Notes: generated by a model from the letters alone, not told the origin. Counted from the first letter of the stretch, positions 37,553 through 49,742 are shown. The stretch: 64,000 nucleotides of DNA from Candidatus Binatia bacterium (GCA_963666315.2 CAXXHG010000039.1:1-64000); one strand, 5' to 3'. Made by a program: numbers and translations.

Positions 37553-39444
37553 ATGCGCTATATTCCGCACACCGAGCATGACCTTGCCGAGATGCTGACC
37601 GTCCTGGGCGTACAGACTCTGGATGATCTGATCGCCCACTTGCCCGAGCATCTGCGGACACAAGCCACACTCGACCTTGCACCCGGCATATCCGAGTATG
37701 AGGTCATAGCACACCTGTCTCGCCTGTCCGAAAAGCATACAGGCAGTTCCCGCGCCGTCTCTTTTCTCGGGGCTGGGGCATTTGCACATATTGTTCCGGT
37801 CGTTGTTGACCACATTTTGCAGCGTGCCGAGTTTGCAACTGCGTACACGCCGTATCAGCCGGAAGTCAGTCAGGGCACTCTGCAGGTCATTTTTGAATTT
37901 CGATCTTTAGATCGCGTCTCTGCTGGGTTTAGCCGTTGCCAATGCGAGTATGTACGATGGCGCATCAGCGACTGCAGAAGCTGTGCTGAACGAACCGCTC
38001 ATCTACGAGCGTGGTTCACCCGGCCGCATAGGCTATTCACTGCCCCAAGACGACGTGCCGGTGCGTGATCTGAATACTGATCTGCCGCCGGAATTGTGTC
38101 GAGATGCTTTGGATGACTTTCCTGAGGTGTCTGAAGGCGAAGTGGTGCGGCATTTTATCCGTCTGTCCCAGTGGAATCTGAGTGCGGCAACCACGCTGTA
38201 CCCGCTGGGCGCATGTACGATGAAGTATAATCCAGTGGTGAACGAGTCTATGGCTCGCCTACCCGGTTTCGCTGGACTGCATCCGCTGGCACCGGAGGAC
38301 CAGGCGCAGGGCGCGCTGATGCTCTTGGCCGATCTTGAGCGATGTTTGGCCGAGATCAGCGGCATGGATGCCATTAGTCTACAGCCGGCTGCGGGCGCGC
38401 AGGGTGAGCTGACCGGCATGAAGCTCATCCGAGCGTATCACCAAGACCAAGGCCATCCACGTAAGAAAGTACTGATTCCCGCCAGTGCGCATGGGACCAA
38501 TCCCGCTTCTGCTGCCTTGTGCGGATATGACATCGTGCAGGTCACAACCGGTCAGGACGGTATGTTACATGCCGAAGAAGTGGCCAAGTGTACTGACTCT
38601 GACGTGGCTGCCCTCATGGTGACCAATCCGAACACGCTCGGACTCTTTGAACGTGAAATTCTCCAGATAACGAACGCGCTGCATGACCAGGGTGCCCTGG
38701 TCTATATGGACGGGGCCAATCTCAACGCGCTCATGGGCGTGGCCAAGCCGGGCCATATGGGTTCAGATGTTATTCATTATTAATTTGTATAGAACTTTCT
38801 CCACTCCGCACGGTGGCGGCGGGCCTGGGGCCGGGCCGATTGGGGTCAAGACAATTTTGGAACCCTATCTGCCTATTCCGCGCATCGTTCAGGAGAACGA
38901 TGTCTAATCTTGGAGTGAAGACTATCCTCAGTCTATTGGGCGGGTCCGCTCGTTCTACGGCAACTTCGGCATTCTGGTTCGCGCCTGTGCGTATATATTG
39001 GCGATGGGCGGCGATGGTTTGACCCAGGCCACGCGTATGGCCATTCTGAACGCGAATTATCTCCGCAAGCGACTCGAATCCACCTACAGCTTAGCCACGC
39101 ATGAACCCTGCATGCACGAGTGTGTATTCTCTGACCGCTTGTTTCAGCATACCGGGGTCAAGACCTTAGATATTGCCAAGCGTCTGCTCGATTATGGTTT
39201 TTATGCGCCGACGATCTATTTCCCGCTGGTTGTGAGCGGGGCGCTGATGATTGAGCCGACGGAAACCGAAACCAAAGAAACGTTGGATGAATTTGTGGAT
39301 GCCTTGCTGGCGATTGCACGAGAGATCAAAGACCAACCCAACCTGCTCAAGTAGGCGCCGTTCACCACCCCCGTCAGCCGCCTGGACGAAACCCGCGCCG
39401 CCCGGAGGCAGGTGTTGCGCTGGAAGGGTGTAGAAGAAAAGTAG
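37553..39444 (+). pseudogene. gcvP: Decayed gcvPA-gcvPB: PA truncated and deletion-fused to PB, with several frameshifts and stops
   Basis: PA motifs MRYIPHT, YTPYQPEVSQG, NASMYDGASATAEAVL run directly into PB N-terminal NEPLIYER.S.GR. Frameshifts near 37910 and 38780, PLP motif NLHKTF read as NLYRTF, TAA 38905-38907, TAG 39352-39354. Confidence 0.92.
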
Positions 39445-39469
39445 GCTGGCAAATTGTATAGTTTAAACA

Positions 39470-39715
39470 ATGTGCAACGCCCTTGACCTGCATGCAGTTA
39501 TCGCGCTCCTTGAGGACATGCCGACACGCCACTTTGAGACTGGTCAGCCAATTCTGTTGCGCCGTGGACAAATCGGCACGGTGGTCATGGCCTACGATGG
39601 CACGGCTTATGAAGTCGAGTTTGCCGATCGAGATGGCCACGCCTATGCCATACTGTCGGTCAGCACTGATAAACTCATACTGCTCCACGACGCGCCGGAA
39701 TATATCGCTGCCTAG
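39470..39715 (+). CDS. DUF4926 domain small protein
   Basis: VIALLEDMP...[10 protein letters not shown]...[11 protein letters not shown]. Confidence 0.85.
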   Translation: MCNALDLHAVIALLEDMPTRHFETGQPILLRRGQIGTVVMAYDGTAYEVEFADRDGHAYAILSVSTDKLILLHDAPEYIAA

Positions 39716-39798
39716 CTATGCAGTGCTCCCTCCGGAGAGGGCTAGCCTGACATCGAAAGCTGCTGTTCCCGATTCCGCTTTCTGGTAGGCTGGCCGGT

Positions 39799-42339
39799 GT
39801 GGATACGATTACCATTCGGGGCGCCCGCGAACATAATCTCAAAAATATTACTGTTGAGATTCCGCGTAATAAACTCGTAGTCATTACCGGCGTATCGGGC
39901 TCGGGCAAATCGACGCTGGCTTTTGATGTGCTGTATGCCGAAGGACGGCGGCGCTATGTGGAGTCCCTATCGGCCTATGCCCGCCAGTTTCTGGCTCAGC
40001 GTGCCAAGCCGGCTGTCGATTCTATCGATGGACTGTCCCCTGCGGTGGCAATTGAACAACGCCGCACGACGACCTCGCCGCGTTCAACCATTGGGACCGT
40101 TACCGAGATAGCCGATTATCTCCGTCTGTTGTATGCACGCGTTGGCACCCCGCATTGTTTAGAGTGTGGGCGGACCATCGAATGTCAGAGTGTGCCCCAA
40201 ATTGTGGATCAGCTGCTCGATCTGCCTGAGGGCAGTAGGCTCCAGCTCCTTGCCCCTATCCGGCTTTTCCACCCTGACGATTTTGATGTCGCTATCCAAG
40301 AGCTGCGCAAAGCGGGCTTTGTCCGAGTGCGGGTCAATGGCAAGGTATGGGATCTGGCAGAGGATATTCCACGTCCGGACCAGCTTGATGATCTTGACGA
40401 TCCGCAGCTTGACGTCATTATTGATCGGCTTGTGGTCAGAAGTGGTATTGCCCAGCGGCTGGCCGATTCATTGCAGATGGCCCTCCGCTACGGCAAAGAC
40501 ATTGTGAACGTTCTCATTGAAAACGTCCTCGGAGAGGACGAGGAACGGCTTTTTACTCAACGACTCATTTGTCCCAGCTGTGGTTTTACGTACCCGGAGC
40601 TAAGCCCTGCCTTTTTTTCGCCCAATAGTCCTGACGGTGCGTGTTCAGGCTGTGATGGTCTTGGGGTTCAGACCTCGAAGAAAGCGGCCCAAAAAGGGAA
40701 AGCCGCGAAACAAGAAACGACTGATTCCCAACCCTGTGCCGAATGTCAAGGCAGACGGCTCAGGCCGGAGACCCAAGGCATCCATGTGGGGGGTTGGAGT
40801 CTGGGTGAACTCAGTGATCATTCCATTGCCGAGGTTGCTCATTTCTTTACTCAGCTCACTTTTGAGACTCAGGCTGAGCAGATTGCCCGGCCGCTGTGTA
40901 AGGACATTTCTGCACGTTTGCAGGCGCTGACCGATCTCGGCTTGGAATATCTGACTCTTGACCGACGGATGACCTCACTGTCGGGTGGTGAGATGCAACG
41001 GGCACGGTTGGCTACGCTGCTTGGCAATGGCCTGTCCGAGGTCGTTTACATTCTTGATGAGCCGTCGATTGGTCTCCATCCTCGTGATACGCAGCGACTT
41101 TTGCGCATCCTGAAGCAGCTCCGAGATAAAGGCAATACGGTGGTTGTCGTGGAGCATGATCCGGAAACGATGCGAGCTGCGGATTACATGATTGATCTGG
41201 GTCCCGGAGCAGGCGAACACGGTGGACATGTGCGCGCCGAGGGAGCACCACAGGAAGTAGCGCAGGCCTCGGGCTCTCTCACTGGGCAATACCTATCTGG
41301 CGAGCTGACCATCCCCTTCTCTCCTCGACGGCGGACTTCGGAAGACTCCCTGACACTCTCTCATGTGACGTTGCATAATCTCCAAGATGTGACCGTTGCC
41401 TTCCCCCTGGGGGCGCTGACGTGTGTGACCGGTGTGTCAGGCTCGGGCAAGAGTTCACTCGTGATGGATGCTCTGGCCCCTGTGCTTGCCCATGCCCTTG
41501 CCGGCACGAAACCTGCCGACCGACGTATAGGCGAGCTCTCCGGTTGGCAGCTGATTGACAAAATGATCCAGGTCAATCAAGCCCCTATTGGGCGTACGCC
41601 TAGTTCCAATCCGGCCACGTATATCGGGCTTTTAAACCCGTTGCGCGAGCTGTTTGCGCAACTGCCTGAGGCTCGGATGCGCGGCTATGGGCCGAGTCGG
41701 TTCTCTTTTAATGTCAGAGGTGGACGGTGCGAGGCGTGTGAGGGCAATGGTGTCCTGACGGTGGAGATGAACTTTTTGCCGGATGTGTATGTGACGTGTG
41801 ATGTATGCCGTGGTCAGCGCTACAACCGGGATACTTTGGAAATCCGATTTCGTGGCAAGAGTATCGCCGAAATTTTGGACATGACTGTTGCTGAGGTACT
41901 GGTTGTGTGTGGTGATATTCCCAAAATCCGGCCTCGCCTGGAAACGCTGCGCGAGGTTGGGCTGGAGTATCTGCGCCTTGGCCAACCGGCACCTAGCCTG
42001 TCTGGTGGAGAAGCCCAAAGGCTCAAGCTGGCAAAAGAACTCAGCCGCAAGACTACGGGGCGAACCGTGTTTATCTTTGACGAGCCGACAACAGGATTGC
42101 ACCTGGCCGATATTCAGCGACTGTTGGACATCTTCACCTTGTTGGTCGAAGCGGGCAATACCGTGGTGGTGATTGAACATAATCTTGAGGTGGTGAAAAC
42201 GGTGGATTTTGTGGTTGACCTGGGCCCGGAGGGGGGGGAGGCCGGAGGGCACATCGTTGCTATTGGAACGCCTGAACAGATTGCCCAGGCTGGGAAATCG
42301 TATACTGGTCGGCTGCTGAAAGGCTTCCTGGCGCAGTAG
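39799..42339 (+). CDS. uvrA: Excinuclease ABC subunit A, short form lacking the insertion domain
   Basis: [10 protein letters not shown], two GVSGSGKS Walker A, two LSGGE signatures, Zn-finger Cys pairs; 846 aa. Confidence 0.95.
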   Translation: MDTITIRGAREHNLKNITVEIPRNKLVVITGVSGSGKSTLAFDVLYAEGRRRYVESLSAYARQFLAQRAKPAVDSIDGLSPAVAIEQRRTTTSPRSTIGTVTEIADYLRLLYARVGTPHCLECGRTIECQSVPQIVDQLLDLPEGSRLQLLAPIRLFHPDDFDVAIQELRKAGFVRVRVNGKVWDLAEDIPRPDQLDDLDDPQLDVIIDRLVVRSGIAQRLADSLQMALRYGKDIVNVLIENVLGEDEERLFTQRLICPSCGFTYPELSPAFFSPNSPDGACSGCDGLGVQTSKKAAQKGKAAKQETTDSQPCAECQGRRLRPETQGIHVGGWSLGELSDHSIAEVAHFFTQLTFETQAEQIARPLCKDISARLQALTDLGLEYLTLDRRMTSLSGGEMQRARLATLLGNGLSEVVYILDEPSIGLHPRDTQRLLRILKQLRDKGNTVVVVEHDPETMRAADYMIDLGPGAGEHGGHVRAEGAPQEVAQASGSLTGQYLSGELTIPFSPRRRTSEDSLTLSHVTLHNLQDVTVAFPLGALTCVTGVSGSGKSSLVMDALAPVLAHALAGTKPADRRIGELSGWQLIDKMIQVNQAPIGRTPSSNPATYIGLLNPLRELFAQLPEARMRGYGPSRFSFNVRGGRCEACEGNGVLTVEMNFLPDVYVTCDVCRGQRYNRDTLEIRFRGKSIAEILDMTVAEVLVVCGDIPKIRPRLETLREVGLEYLRLGQPAPSLSGGEAQRLKLAKELSRKTTGRTVFIFDEPTTGLHLADIQRLLDIFTLLVEAGNTVVVIEHNLEVVKTVDFVVDLGPEGGEAGGHIVAIGTPEQIAQAGKSYTGRLLKGFLAQ

Positions 42340-42399
42340 AGGCAACCCGTGTGGGTGCCCAAAGGAGGGTGAGACGATTCCTCGACCTCCTTGTGCAGC

Positions 42400-42428
42400 T
42401 TGACAGGCTGACAGAGAAGTTTTAAGGT
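42400..42428 (+). promoter_or_regulatory. Putative sigma70 promoter of the isc operon
   Basis: TTGACA-N17-TAAGGT upstream of iscS. Confidence 0.45.
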
Positions 42429-42484
42429 AGACTTCTAAAGTCTGTTTTAAGAACTTCCGACATTTTACTAAGTGAGGGACGAAT

Positions 42485-43705
42485 ATGGAGCGAGCACCGA
42501 TCTATATGGACAATCAAGCCACGACACCGGTGGACCCAAGGGTGGTGGAGGCAATGGTGCCGTATTTGGGGGAAGTGTATGGGAATGCGGCCAGTCGGAA
42601 CCATGCATTTGGCTGGGCGGCAGAAGAGGCCGTCGACCAGGGACGGAGTCAGATTGCAGAGTTGGTCGGCGCGCGGCCCAAAGAGATCATTTTCACCAGC
42701 GGAGCGACGGAATCGGATAATCTGGCGATTAAGGGTGTTGTGGAGTTCTATGCAGATAAGGGTAATCATATTATTACCGCAGTAACAGAGCACAAAGCAG
42801 TCTTAGATACGTGTAAAGCGCTGGAGCGTTCCAACGCCGCCGAAGTGACGTACCTGCCGGTCGATCAATATGGACGGGTGGATCCTGACGATGTGAAAAA
42901 CGCCATCCGAGAGAAGACTATCCTGATTTCATTGATGTATGCGAATAATGAGATTGGGACGTTGCATCCGATTCGAGCAATCGGCAAATTAGCGAAGGAG
43001 CGGGGGGTTCTCTTCCACTCTGATGCGACCCAGGGAGTGGGGAAAGTTCCTGTTAATGTTGATGCAGATGGCATCGACCTCATGTCTATGAGTGCGCATA
43101 AGATATATGGGCCGAAGGGGTGTGGGGCACTCTACGTACGATCGAGAGGCCCACGGGTTCGTCTCAGAGCGCAAGTGGACGGCGGGGGTCATGAGCGCGG
43201 TATGCGCTCGGGGACACTGAATGTGGCGGGCATTGTGGGGTTTGGGAAAGCGTGTGAGCTGTGTGGGCAGGGGTTAGAGGGAGAAGCCGGGCGTTTACTC
43301 ACGCTCCGGCAACGCCTGTACGACGGGCTGACCAGTAACCTAGACGAGCTGTATTTGAATGGGCATCCGACCGAGCGGATACCGGGCAACCTCAATGTGA
43401 GTTTCTCGTATGTAGAGGGGGAGTCGTTCCTGATGGGGCTGAATCGAGAAATCGCGCTCTCGTCAGGCTCAGCGTGCACGTCGGCGTCACTGGAGCCGTC
43501 CTATGTGCTCAAGGCCTTAGGCGTTGGTGAGGAGTTGGCCCATACCTCGATTCGGTTTGGGTTGGGACGGTTTAACACGGAGGAGGAGGTCGACTACGTG
43601 GTCGAGCGGGTGTCCGAGGTAGTGATCCGTCTCAGAGAGATGTCGCCCCTGTATGAGATGGCCAAGGAGGGCATCGACCTGAAGTCTGTTCAGTGGAAAG
43701 CCTGA
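42485..43705 (+). CDS. iscS: Cysteine desulfurase IscS
   Basis: [50 protein letters not shown]-terminus. Confidence 0.97.
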   Translation: MERAPIYMDNQATTPVDPRVVEAMVPYLGEVYGNAASRNHAFGWAAEEAVDQGRSQIAELVGARPKEIIFTSGATESDNLAIKGVVEFYADKGNHIITAVTEHKAVLDTCKALERSNAAEVTYLPVDQYGRVDPDDVKNAIREKTILISLMYANNEIGTLHPIRAIGKLAKERGVLFHSDATQGVGKVPVNVDADGIDLMSMSAHKIYGPKGCGALYVRSRGPRVRLRAQVDGGGHERGMRSGTLNVAGIVGFGKACELCGQGLEGEAGRLLTLRQRLYDGLTSNLDELYLNGHPTERIPGNLNVSFSYVEGESFLMGLNREIALSSGSACTSASLEPSYVLKALGVGEELAHTSIRFGLGRFNTEEEVDYVVERVSEVVIRLREMSPLYEMAKEGIDLKSVQWKA

Positions 43706-43761
43706 GGCTGGCAAAGAATTTAGGATATTTGGATACTTTGTATTAAGATTAGGACAAAGCG

Positions 43762-44175
43762 ATGGCATACACAGCGAAAGTCATAGAGCATTTTGAGCGG
43801 CCGAAGAATGTGGGGAGTTTTGGGAAAGACGAGGAGAACGTAGGGACGGGCGTGGTGGGGGCGCCGGAGTGCGGGGACGTGATGAAGCTGCAGCTGAAGA
43901 TCAATCCGGTTACGGAAGTGATCGAGGATGCGAAGTTTAAGACGTTTGGGTGCGGGTCGGCGATTGCGTCGTCGAGTTATGTGACGGAGTTAGTGAAGGG
44001 GAAGACGGTCGCGGAGGCGTATGAGATCCGGAACACGCAGATCGTGACAGAGCTGTCGCTGCCGCCGGTGAAGATACATTGTTCGGTGTTAGCAGAGGAT
44101 GCGATCAAGGCGGCGGTGGCGGACTGGCGGGAGAAAGGTCCTGTGGACGTCCCCAAATCCGACAAAGCCGCGTAA
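43762..44175 (+). CDS. iscU: Fe-S scaffold IscU
   Basis: GAPECGDVM, FKTFGCGSAIA, LPPVKIHCS. Confidence 0.97.
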   Translation: MAYTAKVIEHFERPKNVGSFGKDEENVGTGVVGAPECGDVMKLQLKINPVTEVIEDAKFKTFGCGSAIASSSYVTELVKGKTVAEAYEIRNTQIVTELSLPPVKIHCSVLAEDAIKAAVADWREKGPVDVPKSDKAA

Positions 44176-44196
44176 TACACCTCTAAGGAAACAGGC

Positions 44197-44541
44197 ATGG
44201 TAAGCGCGAAAGCAAAACTCAAGATTGAAATTAGTGAAACCGCAGCCAAGAAGATCGAAGATCTCACGCTGCAGGACGAACGGGAAGAGAGCGGACTGCG
44301 GGTCAAAGTTGTCGGTGGGGGCTGTTCCGGCCTTTCCTATAAGATGGACCTGGATATCCCACGCGATGGCGACCGCGTCTTCGAGCGGGAAAGAGCGAAG
44401 GTTATTGTTGACCGCAAGAGTTTTATCTATTTGCGGGGGACTGAGCTGGATTTTTCTGAGACGCTGATGGACGCAGGTTTCAAATTGACCAATCCCAACG
44501 TCAAACGGTCGTGCGGCTGCGGCAGTTCATTCTCTGTCTAA
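44197..44541 (+). CDS. iscA: A-type Fe-S carrier IscA
   Basis: GGGCSGLSY, NPN...SCGCGSSF. Confidence 0.93.
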   Translation: MVSAKAKLKIEISETAAKKIEDLTLQDEREESGLRVKVVGGGCSGLSYKMDLDIPRDGDRVFERERAKVIVDRKSFIYLRGTELDFSETLMDAGFKLTNPNVKRSCGCGSSFSV

Positions 44542-44551
44542 TCTCCACATC

Positions 44552-45220
44552 ATGTCCACGACTGCGGTGGTGCAGTGCTGGCGGTGTCAGGATGAACATG
44601 CAGCTCAGGCGTTCTGTCCTGCTTGCCACGTCATTCAGGTCCTCCCTGCTGATGTTGATTACTTTAGCGTCTTCGGTCTTGCCCGAAATCCGGTTCTTGA
44701 TGAAGTCAACCTGACTCAGATGTATTACGATCTCAGCCGTCAGTTGCATCCCGATCTGCATCAAACTGGAACGGCTGAGGAGCAAGAAGCCAGCCTCAAG
44801 AATACGGCACTGCTGAATCGGGCCTATTGGATTCTGCGCGACCCTGTTCAGCGTGGTCAGTATTGGCTGGAGCTGAACGGCGAACAGCTTGGCAAGGCAA
44901 ATAACCGGGTACCTGCCCAGCTGGCTGTGCTGGTGTTCGAGGTGCAGGAAAAACTGGCAGAGTTGAGAGAGGTCCGCACTACGCAGGCCGCTGCTACCCT
45001 TGCTGATCTAAAATCTGAACTTGAGCAGATCAGGGCCGATCTGGATGAACAGATGCAGAGCTTCCAGCAGAAACTGACCACCAATTTTGCCAAATGGGAG
45101 CATCCTGACAGGCCGCAAGATCTCTTGAGTGAACTCAAACGGGTGCTGTCAGATATGGCGTATCTGCGCACCTTGGGACGCGATGTGGAAAAGGAATATA
45201 GTGTATCGTGGAACACATAG
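44552..45220 (+). CDS. hscB: Co-chaperone HscB with N-terminal tetracysteine domain
   Basis: CWRC...FCPAC, J-domain HPD, LNRAY..LRDP..R..Y.LEL. Confidence 0.93.
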   Translation: MSTTAVVQCWRCQDEHAAQAFCPACHVIQVLPADVDYFSVFGLARNPVLDEVNLTQMYYDLSRQLHPDLHQTGTAEEQEASLKNTALLNRAYWILRDPVQRGQYWLELNGEQLGKANNRVPAQLAVLVFEVQEKLAELREVRTTQAAATLADLKSELEQIRADLDEQMQSFQQKLTTNFAKWEHPDRPQDLLSELKRVLSDMAYLRTLGRDVEKEYSVSWNT

Positions 45221-47019
45221 TTGGTATTGATCTTGGGACAACAAATAGTCTGATTGCCTATGTGGACGAGGATGGCCCACGCATCATTGCGGATGCCAAA
45301 ACCGGGCACAAGATCGTCCCTTCCATTGTCAGTTTTTTATCGGATGGAAAGATTGTCGTTGGCCGCGAAGCCGGCGAGCTGGCGCGGACTCAGCCTTTGA
45401 GCACTATTCGGTCGGTCAAACGTTTTATGGGCCTCGGCATGGAACACGTCAGCCCGGACGACCAACAACGCTACCGTTTTGCTAACGATCAAGGCATGGT
45501 GCGCTTTGCCATACACGACCGTCAATATACGTCACCAGAGGTCTCGGCAGTGATTCTGCGTGCGTTGCGAGAGCAGGCCGAAGCTGCGCTCAAAGAAGAA
45601 GTCCACAAGGTTGTGATTACTGTGCCGGCCTATTTCAACGATTCGCAGCGCCAGGCTACAAAAGACGCGGGAAAGCTCGCCGGCTTGGATGTCATTCGCC
45701 TCTTGAACGAACCCACCGCGGCCTCCCTTGCCTATGGCCTGAATACAAAGCAAGAGGGATTGATCGCCGTGTATGATTTTGGTGGCGGAACGTTTGATGT
45801 ATCCATTCTGCGCCTCCATACCGGGATCTTTGAGGTGCTGTCGACGAGTGGGGATATGCGCTTGGGTGGCGACGATATAGATCAATGCCTAGCCGCGCGC
45901 TTTCTCCTGTCGGATCTGTCAGAAGAGCTGCGCCGCGACCCGCAGGTGCTGAGCATTGCGCACAGCGTTGCGGAACGTGCCAAGTCGGCTCTGTCAGAAC
46001 AGGATGAAACCGTTCTGGATTTTTCCGTCGCTGAAAAAGGGATTCGCGTCTCGCGCAGCCTGACGCGTCAAGAGCTGGAGGAAGCGGTTGACGAGATTGT
46101 TACGCGGACGCTCGGGCCGTGTCGTCAGGCACTTAAAGATGCCGGGCTTGAACCGCATGAGATCGAAGAAGTTGTTGTAGTGGGCGGCTCTACACGCATG
46201 CCGCTGGTCCGCCAGCGGGTTGGTGAGTTTTTTGGGCGCAGCCCGCTGACCGATCTTGATCCTGATGAAGTGGTTGCCCTGGGCGCGGCAGTTCAGGCCG
46301 ATACGCTGTCCGGACGCCGGCGAGACATGCTCCTCCTTGACGTTGTGCCACTGTCCTTAGGTATCGAGACCATGGGCGGAGTGCTGAGCCACTTGATTGA
46401 GCGTAATACAACGATCCCGGCGAGTGTGAAAGAAATGTTTACGACTGCAGTAGATGATCAGACCGCAGTTGATGTTCATGTTCTTCAGGGCGAGCGTGAA
46501 CTCGTACAGGATTGTCGTAGTCTGGCTCGGTTTACGATTCCTATTGAACCTAAGCCGGCCGGAGTGCCCCGCGTCGAAGTCACCTTTATGATCGACGCTA
46601 ACGGTATTTTGAGTGTCTCGGCCCTAGACTTAAGGACCGGGCTGGAACGGTCCGTTGAAGTAAAGCCGTCGTACGGCCTTACTGACGACGAGGTTGAGCA
46701 GCTTCTTGAGGAGTCCATCGATTTTGCAGAAGAAGATATAGAGCAACGTTTACTCATCGAAGCCCGTACAGAGGCGGATACTGTTCTCAATGCGACACAC
46801 AAAGCGCTGCATAAGAATGCGTCATTTTTGCGGCAAGGCGAAGAAGAACAGATTGCACAGGCAGTGCAAAAACTACGTGAGGCGCGGGATGGCAAGGATT
46901 ACGATTTGATCCGAGATTTGACTGAGGAATTGAGCGAAGCGACTACTCCCTTTGCCCAGAGGATTATGGACTCTTCGATCCAAGAAGTGCTGGGGGAAAA
47001 ACGCCTGTCTGAGCTATAG
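45208..47019 (+). CDS. hscA: Fe-S chaperone HscA (Hsp70)
   Basis: [38 protein letters not shown]; isc operon context. Confidence 0.95.
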   Translation: MEHIVGIDLGTTNSLIAYVDEDGPRIIADAKTGHKIVPSIVSFLSDGKIVVGREAGELARTQPLSTIRSVKRFMGLGMEHVSPDDQQRYRFANDQGMVRFAIHDRQYTSPEVSAVILRALREQAEAALKEEVHKVVITVPAYFNDSQRQATKDAGKLAGLDVIRLLNEPTAASLAYGLNTKQEGLIAVYDFGGGTFDVSILRLHTGIFEVLSTSGDMRLGGDDIDQCLAARFLLSDLSEELRRDPQVLSIAHSVAERAKSALSEQDETVLDFSVAEKGIRVSRSLTRQELEEAVDEIVTRTLGPCRQALKDAGLEPHEIEEVVVVGGSTRMPLVRQRVGEFFGRSPLTDLDPDEVVALGAAVQADTLSGRRRDMLLLDVVPLSLGIETMGGVLSHLIERNTTIPASVKEMFTTAVDDQTAVDVHVLQGERELVQDCRSLARFTIPIEPKPAGVPRVEVTFMIDANGILSVSALDLRTGLERSVEVKPSYGLTDDEVEQLLEESIDFAEEDIEQRLLIEARTEADTVLNATHKALHKNASFLRQGEEEQIAQAVQKLREARDGKDYDLIRDLTEELSEATTPFAQRIMDSSIQEVLGEKRLSEL

Positions 47020-47042
47020 CGCCTGAGAAGCTGGAGGCTGAG

Positions 47043-47255
47043 ATGCAGCTATATTGGGATAACGTCGAAGATCTTGCTGAGCAGCTTTTTGAAGCGCAAC
47101 CAGAGACGGATCCTCTGAGTGTGCGCTTTACTGATCTACATCAATGGGTGACGGAACTGGCAGACTTTAGCGATAATCCGCAAGACTCGAGTGAGGGGAA
47201 ACTCGAAGCCATTCAGATGGCCTGGCTTGAACTCTATAAAGAAGAGCATGAGTAG
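47043..47255 (+). CDS. iscX: Fe-S assembly protein IscX
   Basis: W...DP..VRFTDLHQWV.EL..F.D.P...EGKLEAIQMAW. Confidence 0.95.
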   Translation: MQLYWDNVEDLAEQLFEAQPETDPLSVRFTDLHQWVTELADFSDNPQDSSEGKLEAIQMAWLELYKEEHE

Positions 47256-47387
47256 CCGGCGACTCGCTTAGGTTGAATTTTTGTGAAGAAATACTTTGAC
47301 ATTCGGCGCGTACCTTTGGTATGCGAAAAGAAAGATAGTATTGCCCGTCAGAAGCGCACGAAAACGTAACCGTGGTGGAGGTGGAAT

Positions 47388-47900
47388 ATGGTGGGGGCGA
47401 ACGAACAGGGACGAACGAGCAGCGCGCGCAGACTCTCGGAGCGAGAGAAACTGCTTGCGGAGGGGGGTACACATATCTTCCAGCCTGATACGATCCTGCC
47501 CGCACAATTTTTTTCGACCCTGAGACAACGGACTGCCTCGCAGGGTGAACGACGCTTAGTCGCTGCTGTTCTAGAGGATGCTGTCGCGTGCTTTCAGAAA
47601 CATCTTGGGGCAGAGGACCGGAGAAACCGCAAACTCTACGCGGATGCTGAGGCCTGGCTTTTCTCTGATGACGATAGCTGGCCCTTTGCGTTTGTGAATG
47701 TGTGTGAAGCCCTCGATATCCAGCCACCCTTCCTCCGGCGCGGTTTGCTCCTGTGGCGCAGCGGCCAGCGCGCGCAATACCAGCGTGCGGCTCGGCGCGT
47801 TGAGAGCGCCTCCCTTGTGAGCCCCTGGCGGGCGCGCAGTGAGCGGGCGCACAGTGAACACGTATGCCCGCACTTGCTGAAGCAGGCGAGTGGGGCATAG
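47388..47900 (+). CDS. Conserved hypothetical protein (ERRL.AAVLEDA family)
   Basis: PDTILPAQFF, GERRLVAAVLEDAVACFQK, AEAWLFSDD.SWPFAF.NVCEALDI; GGAGG RBS and TTGACA at 47296. Confidence 0.75.
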   Translation: MVGANEQGRTSSARRLSEREKLLAEGGTHIFQPDTILPAQFFSTLRQRTASQGERRLVAAVLEDAVACFQKHLGAEDRRNRKLYADAEAWLFSDDDSWPFAFVNVCEALDIQPPFLRRGLLLWRSGQRAQYQRAARRVESASLVSPWRARSERAHSEHVCPHLLKQASGA

Positions 47901-49594
47901 GGTATTTCGTATTCGTGTTACACTTCCTGCTGCGTGGTATTACCCGCTGTGTTCTCTGGACGATTGAGTTTCTTGGCCGTCTGACCGGACGGTACGGTCC
48001 GTATAATACCCTCCAGCTCGAATTGACAGGCTCTCTTGCCGAGGACGGGGTCCTTGGCTTCCTGCCTTTCCGACGCACGGCAGCCCCGGATCTTTTAGCA
48101 TTTACCTCTCTGCTGCGCTGGGCGCGTGAGGATGATCAGATCAAGGCGGTTGTGTTAACCATCGACGATCTGGACATGGGTTGGGCCCGGCTGCAGAGTC
48201 TGCGTCGTTCCCTCCTGGCCCTACGCCAGGCCGGGAAATACATTCTGGTCTACCTCTCTGAGGCGGGGACTCAGGAGTACTATCTGGCCAGTGTGGCAAA
48301 TGCGATTGCCTTGGCACCGGCCGGCCATCTCACTGTGACCGGCATTGCCACGGAAACGCTGTTCTTTAAGGGCGCTCTGGATAAGCTGGGGATTGAAGCC
48401 CAGGTGAGCCAGGCCGGGCAATATAAATCTGCCGGCGAACCCTTTACACGGACCTCACTCTCCGAGCCGCATCGGGAGATGATGAACAGTCTCCTCGACG
48501 ATCTGTATGATCAGATTGTTGAAGCTATTGCCTCGGCTCGAAACAAAGAGAAGACCGCTGTGCGTGAGCTCATTGATCGTGGCCTTTTTCTGTCTCAGGA
48601 GGCACAAGAAGCCGGTTTAGTCGACCATATTGGGTATGAAGACGAGATCCCGACGTGGTTAGAGGAACACGTTGGGCAAGCTGGCTCGATTGAAACGATT
48701 GAGGCCGGGCAGTACCAGCGTCGACGCGGGCGTCTCATTCGTCGGCACGCGCTCAAACATGCCCCGTTTCGCATTGCGCTGATGACAATAGGCGGAACGA
48801 TTATTCGTGGCGAGAGCGTAACCGGGCGTGACAGTATCCAGTCGACCGGGTCGACGAGTTTTATTCGTGATCTCAAGCAGGTACGCGGAGATCCGAGCGT
48901 CGCGGGAGTGGTCGTGCGGGTGACGAGCCCGGGTGGATCTGGACTGGCGTCTGATCTGGTTTGGCACGAACTCCAGCAAACGCGAGAGGAGAAACCTGTT
49001 ATCATTTCACTGGGGGATGTTGCTGCTTCTGGGGGGTATTATGTTGCTCTTGCTGGCAATACGGTTTTTGCCGAGGAAGGGACGATCACCGGCTCCATCG
49101 GCGTGATTGCGGGTAAGGCCGTGTTGCAGGGATTATATGCGCAGCTCGGCCTGGAAAAGGAAATCCTGACACGCGGGAAACGGGCTGCCTTGTTTTCGGA
49201 CTATCTCGCCTTTGGGCCTGCTGAACAAGAACGTGTGAACGTCGAAGTTCAAAGCTTTTATCGAGATTTTGTTGAGAAAGTCGCTCAGTGTCGGTCGCTG
49301 AGTTATGAGATCGTCGATGCTTGTGCGCAAGGTCGTGTATGGAGCGGACGGCAGGCCTTGGCGCGTGGTCTGGTCGACGCGATAGGCGGGCTGGAAGAGG
49401 CAATAGCCGAGGTCAAACATCAGGTTGGGGTGCCGGACAACTGGCCTGTCGGCATCGAACGATTTCCCAAGCCTTCATCCCTGCTGCACTTGCCAACGAT
49501 TTTGCGTCTTCTTCCCAGGGGCAATACGGCGACCTGGCCGGGAGCGAGGGACCGGGTATGGGCAATTATGCCGTTTTCTCTGCATTTTTTGTAA
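47864..49594 (+). CDS. sppA: Signal peptide peptidase SppA (67K type)
   Basis: [41 protein letters not shown]. Confidence 0.93.
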   Translation: MPALAEAGEWGIGYFVFVLHFLLRGITRCVLWTIEFLGRLTGRYGPYNTLQLELTGSLAEDGVLGFLPFRRTAAPDLLAFTSLLRWAREDDQIKAVVLTIDDLDMGWARLQSLRRSLLALRQAGKYILVYLSEAGTQEYYLASVANAIALAPAGHLTVTGIATETLFFKGALDKLGIEAQVSQAGQYKSAGEPFTRTSLSEPHREMMNSLLDDLYDQIVEAIASARNKEKTAVRELIDRGLFLSQEAQEAGLVDHIGYEDEIPTWLEEHVGQAGSIETIEAGQYQRRRGRLIRRHALKHAPFRIALMTIGGTIIRGESVTGRDSIQSTGSTSFIRDLKQVRGDPSVAGVVVRVTSPGGSGLASDLVWHELQQTREEKPVIISLGDVAASGGYYVALAGNTVFAEEGTITGSIGVIAGKAVLQGLYAQLGLEKEILTRGKRAALFSDYLAFGPAEQERVNVEVQSFYRDFVEKVAQCRSLSYEIVDACAQGRVWSGRQALARGLVDAIGGLEEAIAEVKHQVGVPDNWPVGIERFPKPSSLLHLPTILRLLPRGNTATWPGARDRVWAIMPFSLHFL

Positions 49595-49742
49595 CCTAGG
49601 TGACAGTCCACAGGGAGGCTGAACTTGTAATGCTTCAGAACGTCGGATATTGTACCGATCATATAACCGTCCGTATCTCACTACTTGTCCATAATAATTT
49701 TGAGCGAAAAAATTGATTAGCAGCAGCTGAGGAGGAGATTCC

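Noticed and set aside
22428-39354. Three in-frame TAG codons (VOC 22428, kynA 26416, gcvPB 39352) as evidence of amber recoding or pyrrolysine
   Set aside because: TAG ends many intact genes here (recN, ald, uvrA, hscA, pepA), and two of the three genes carry other inactivating lesions.
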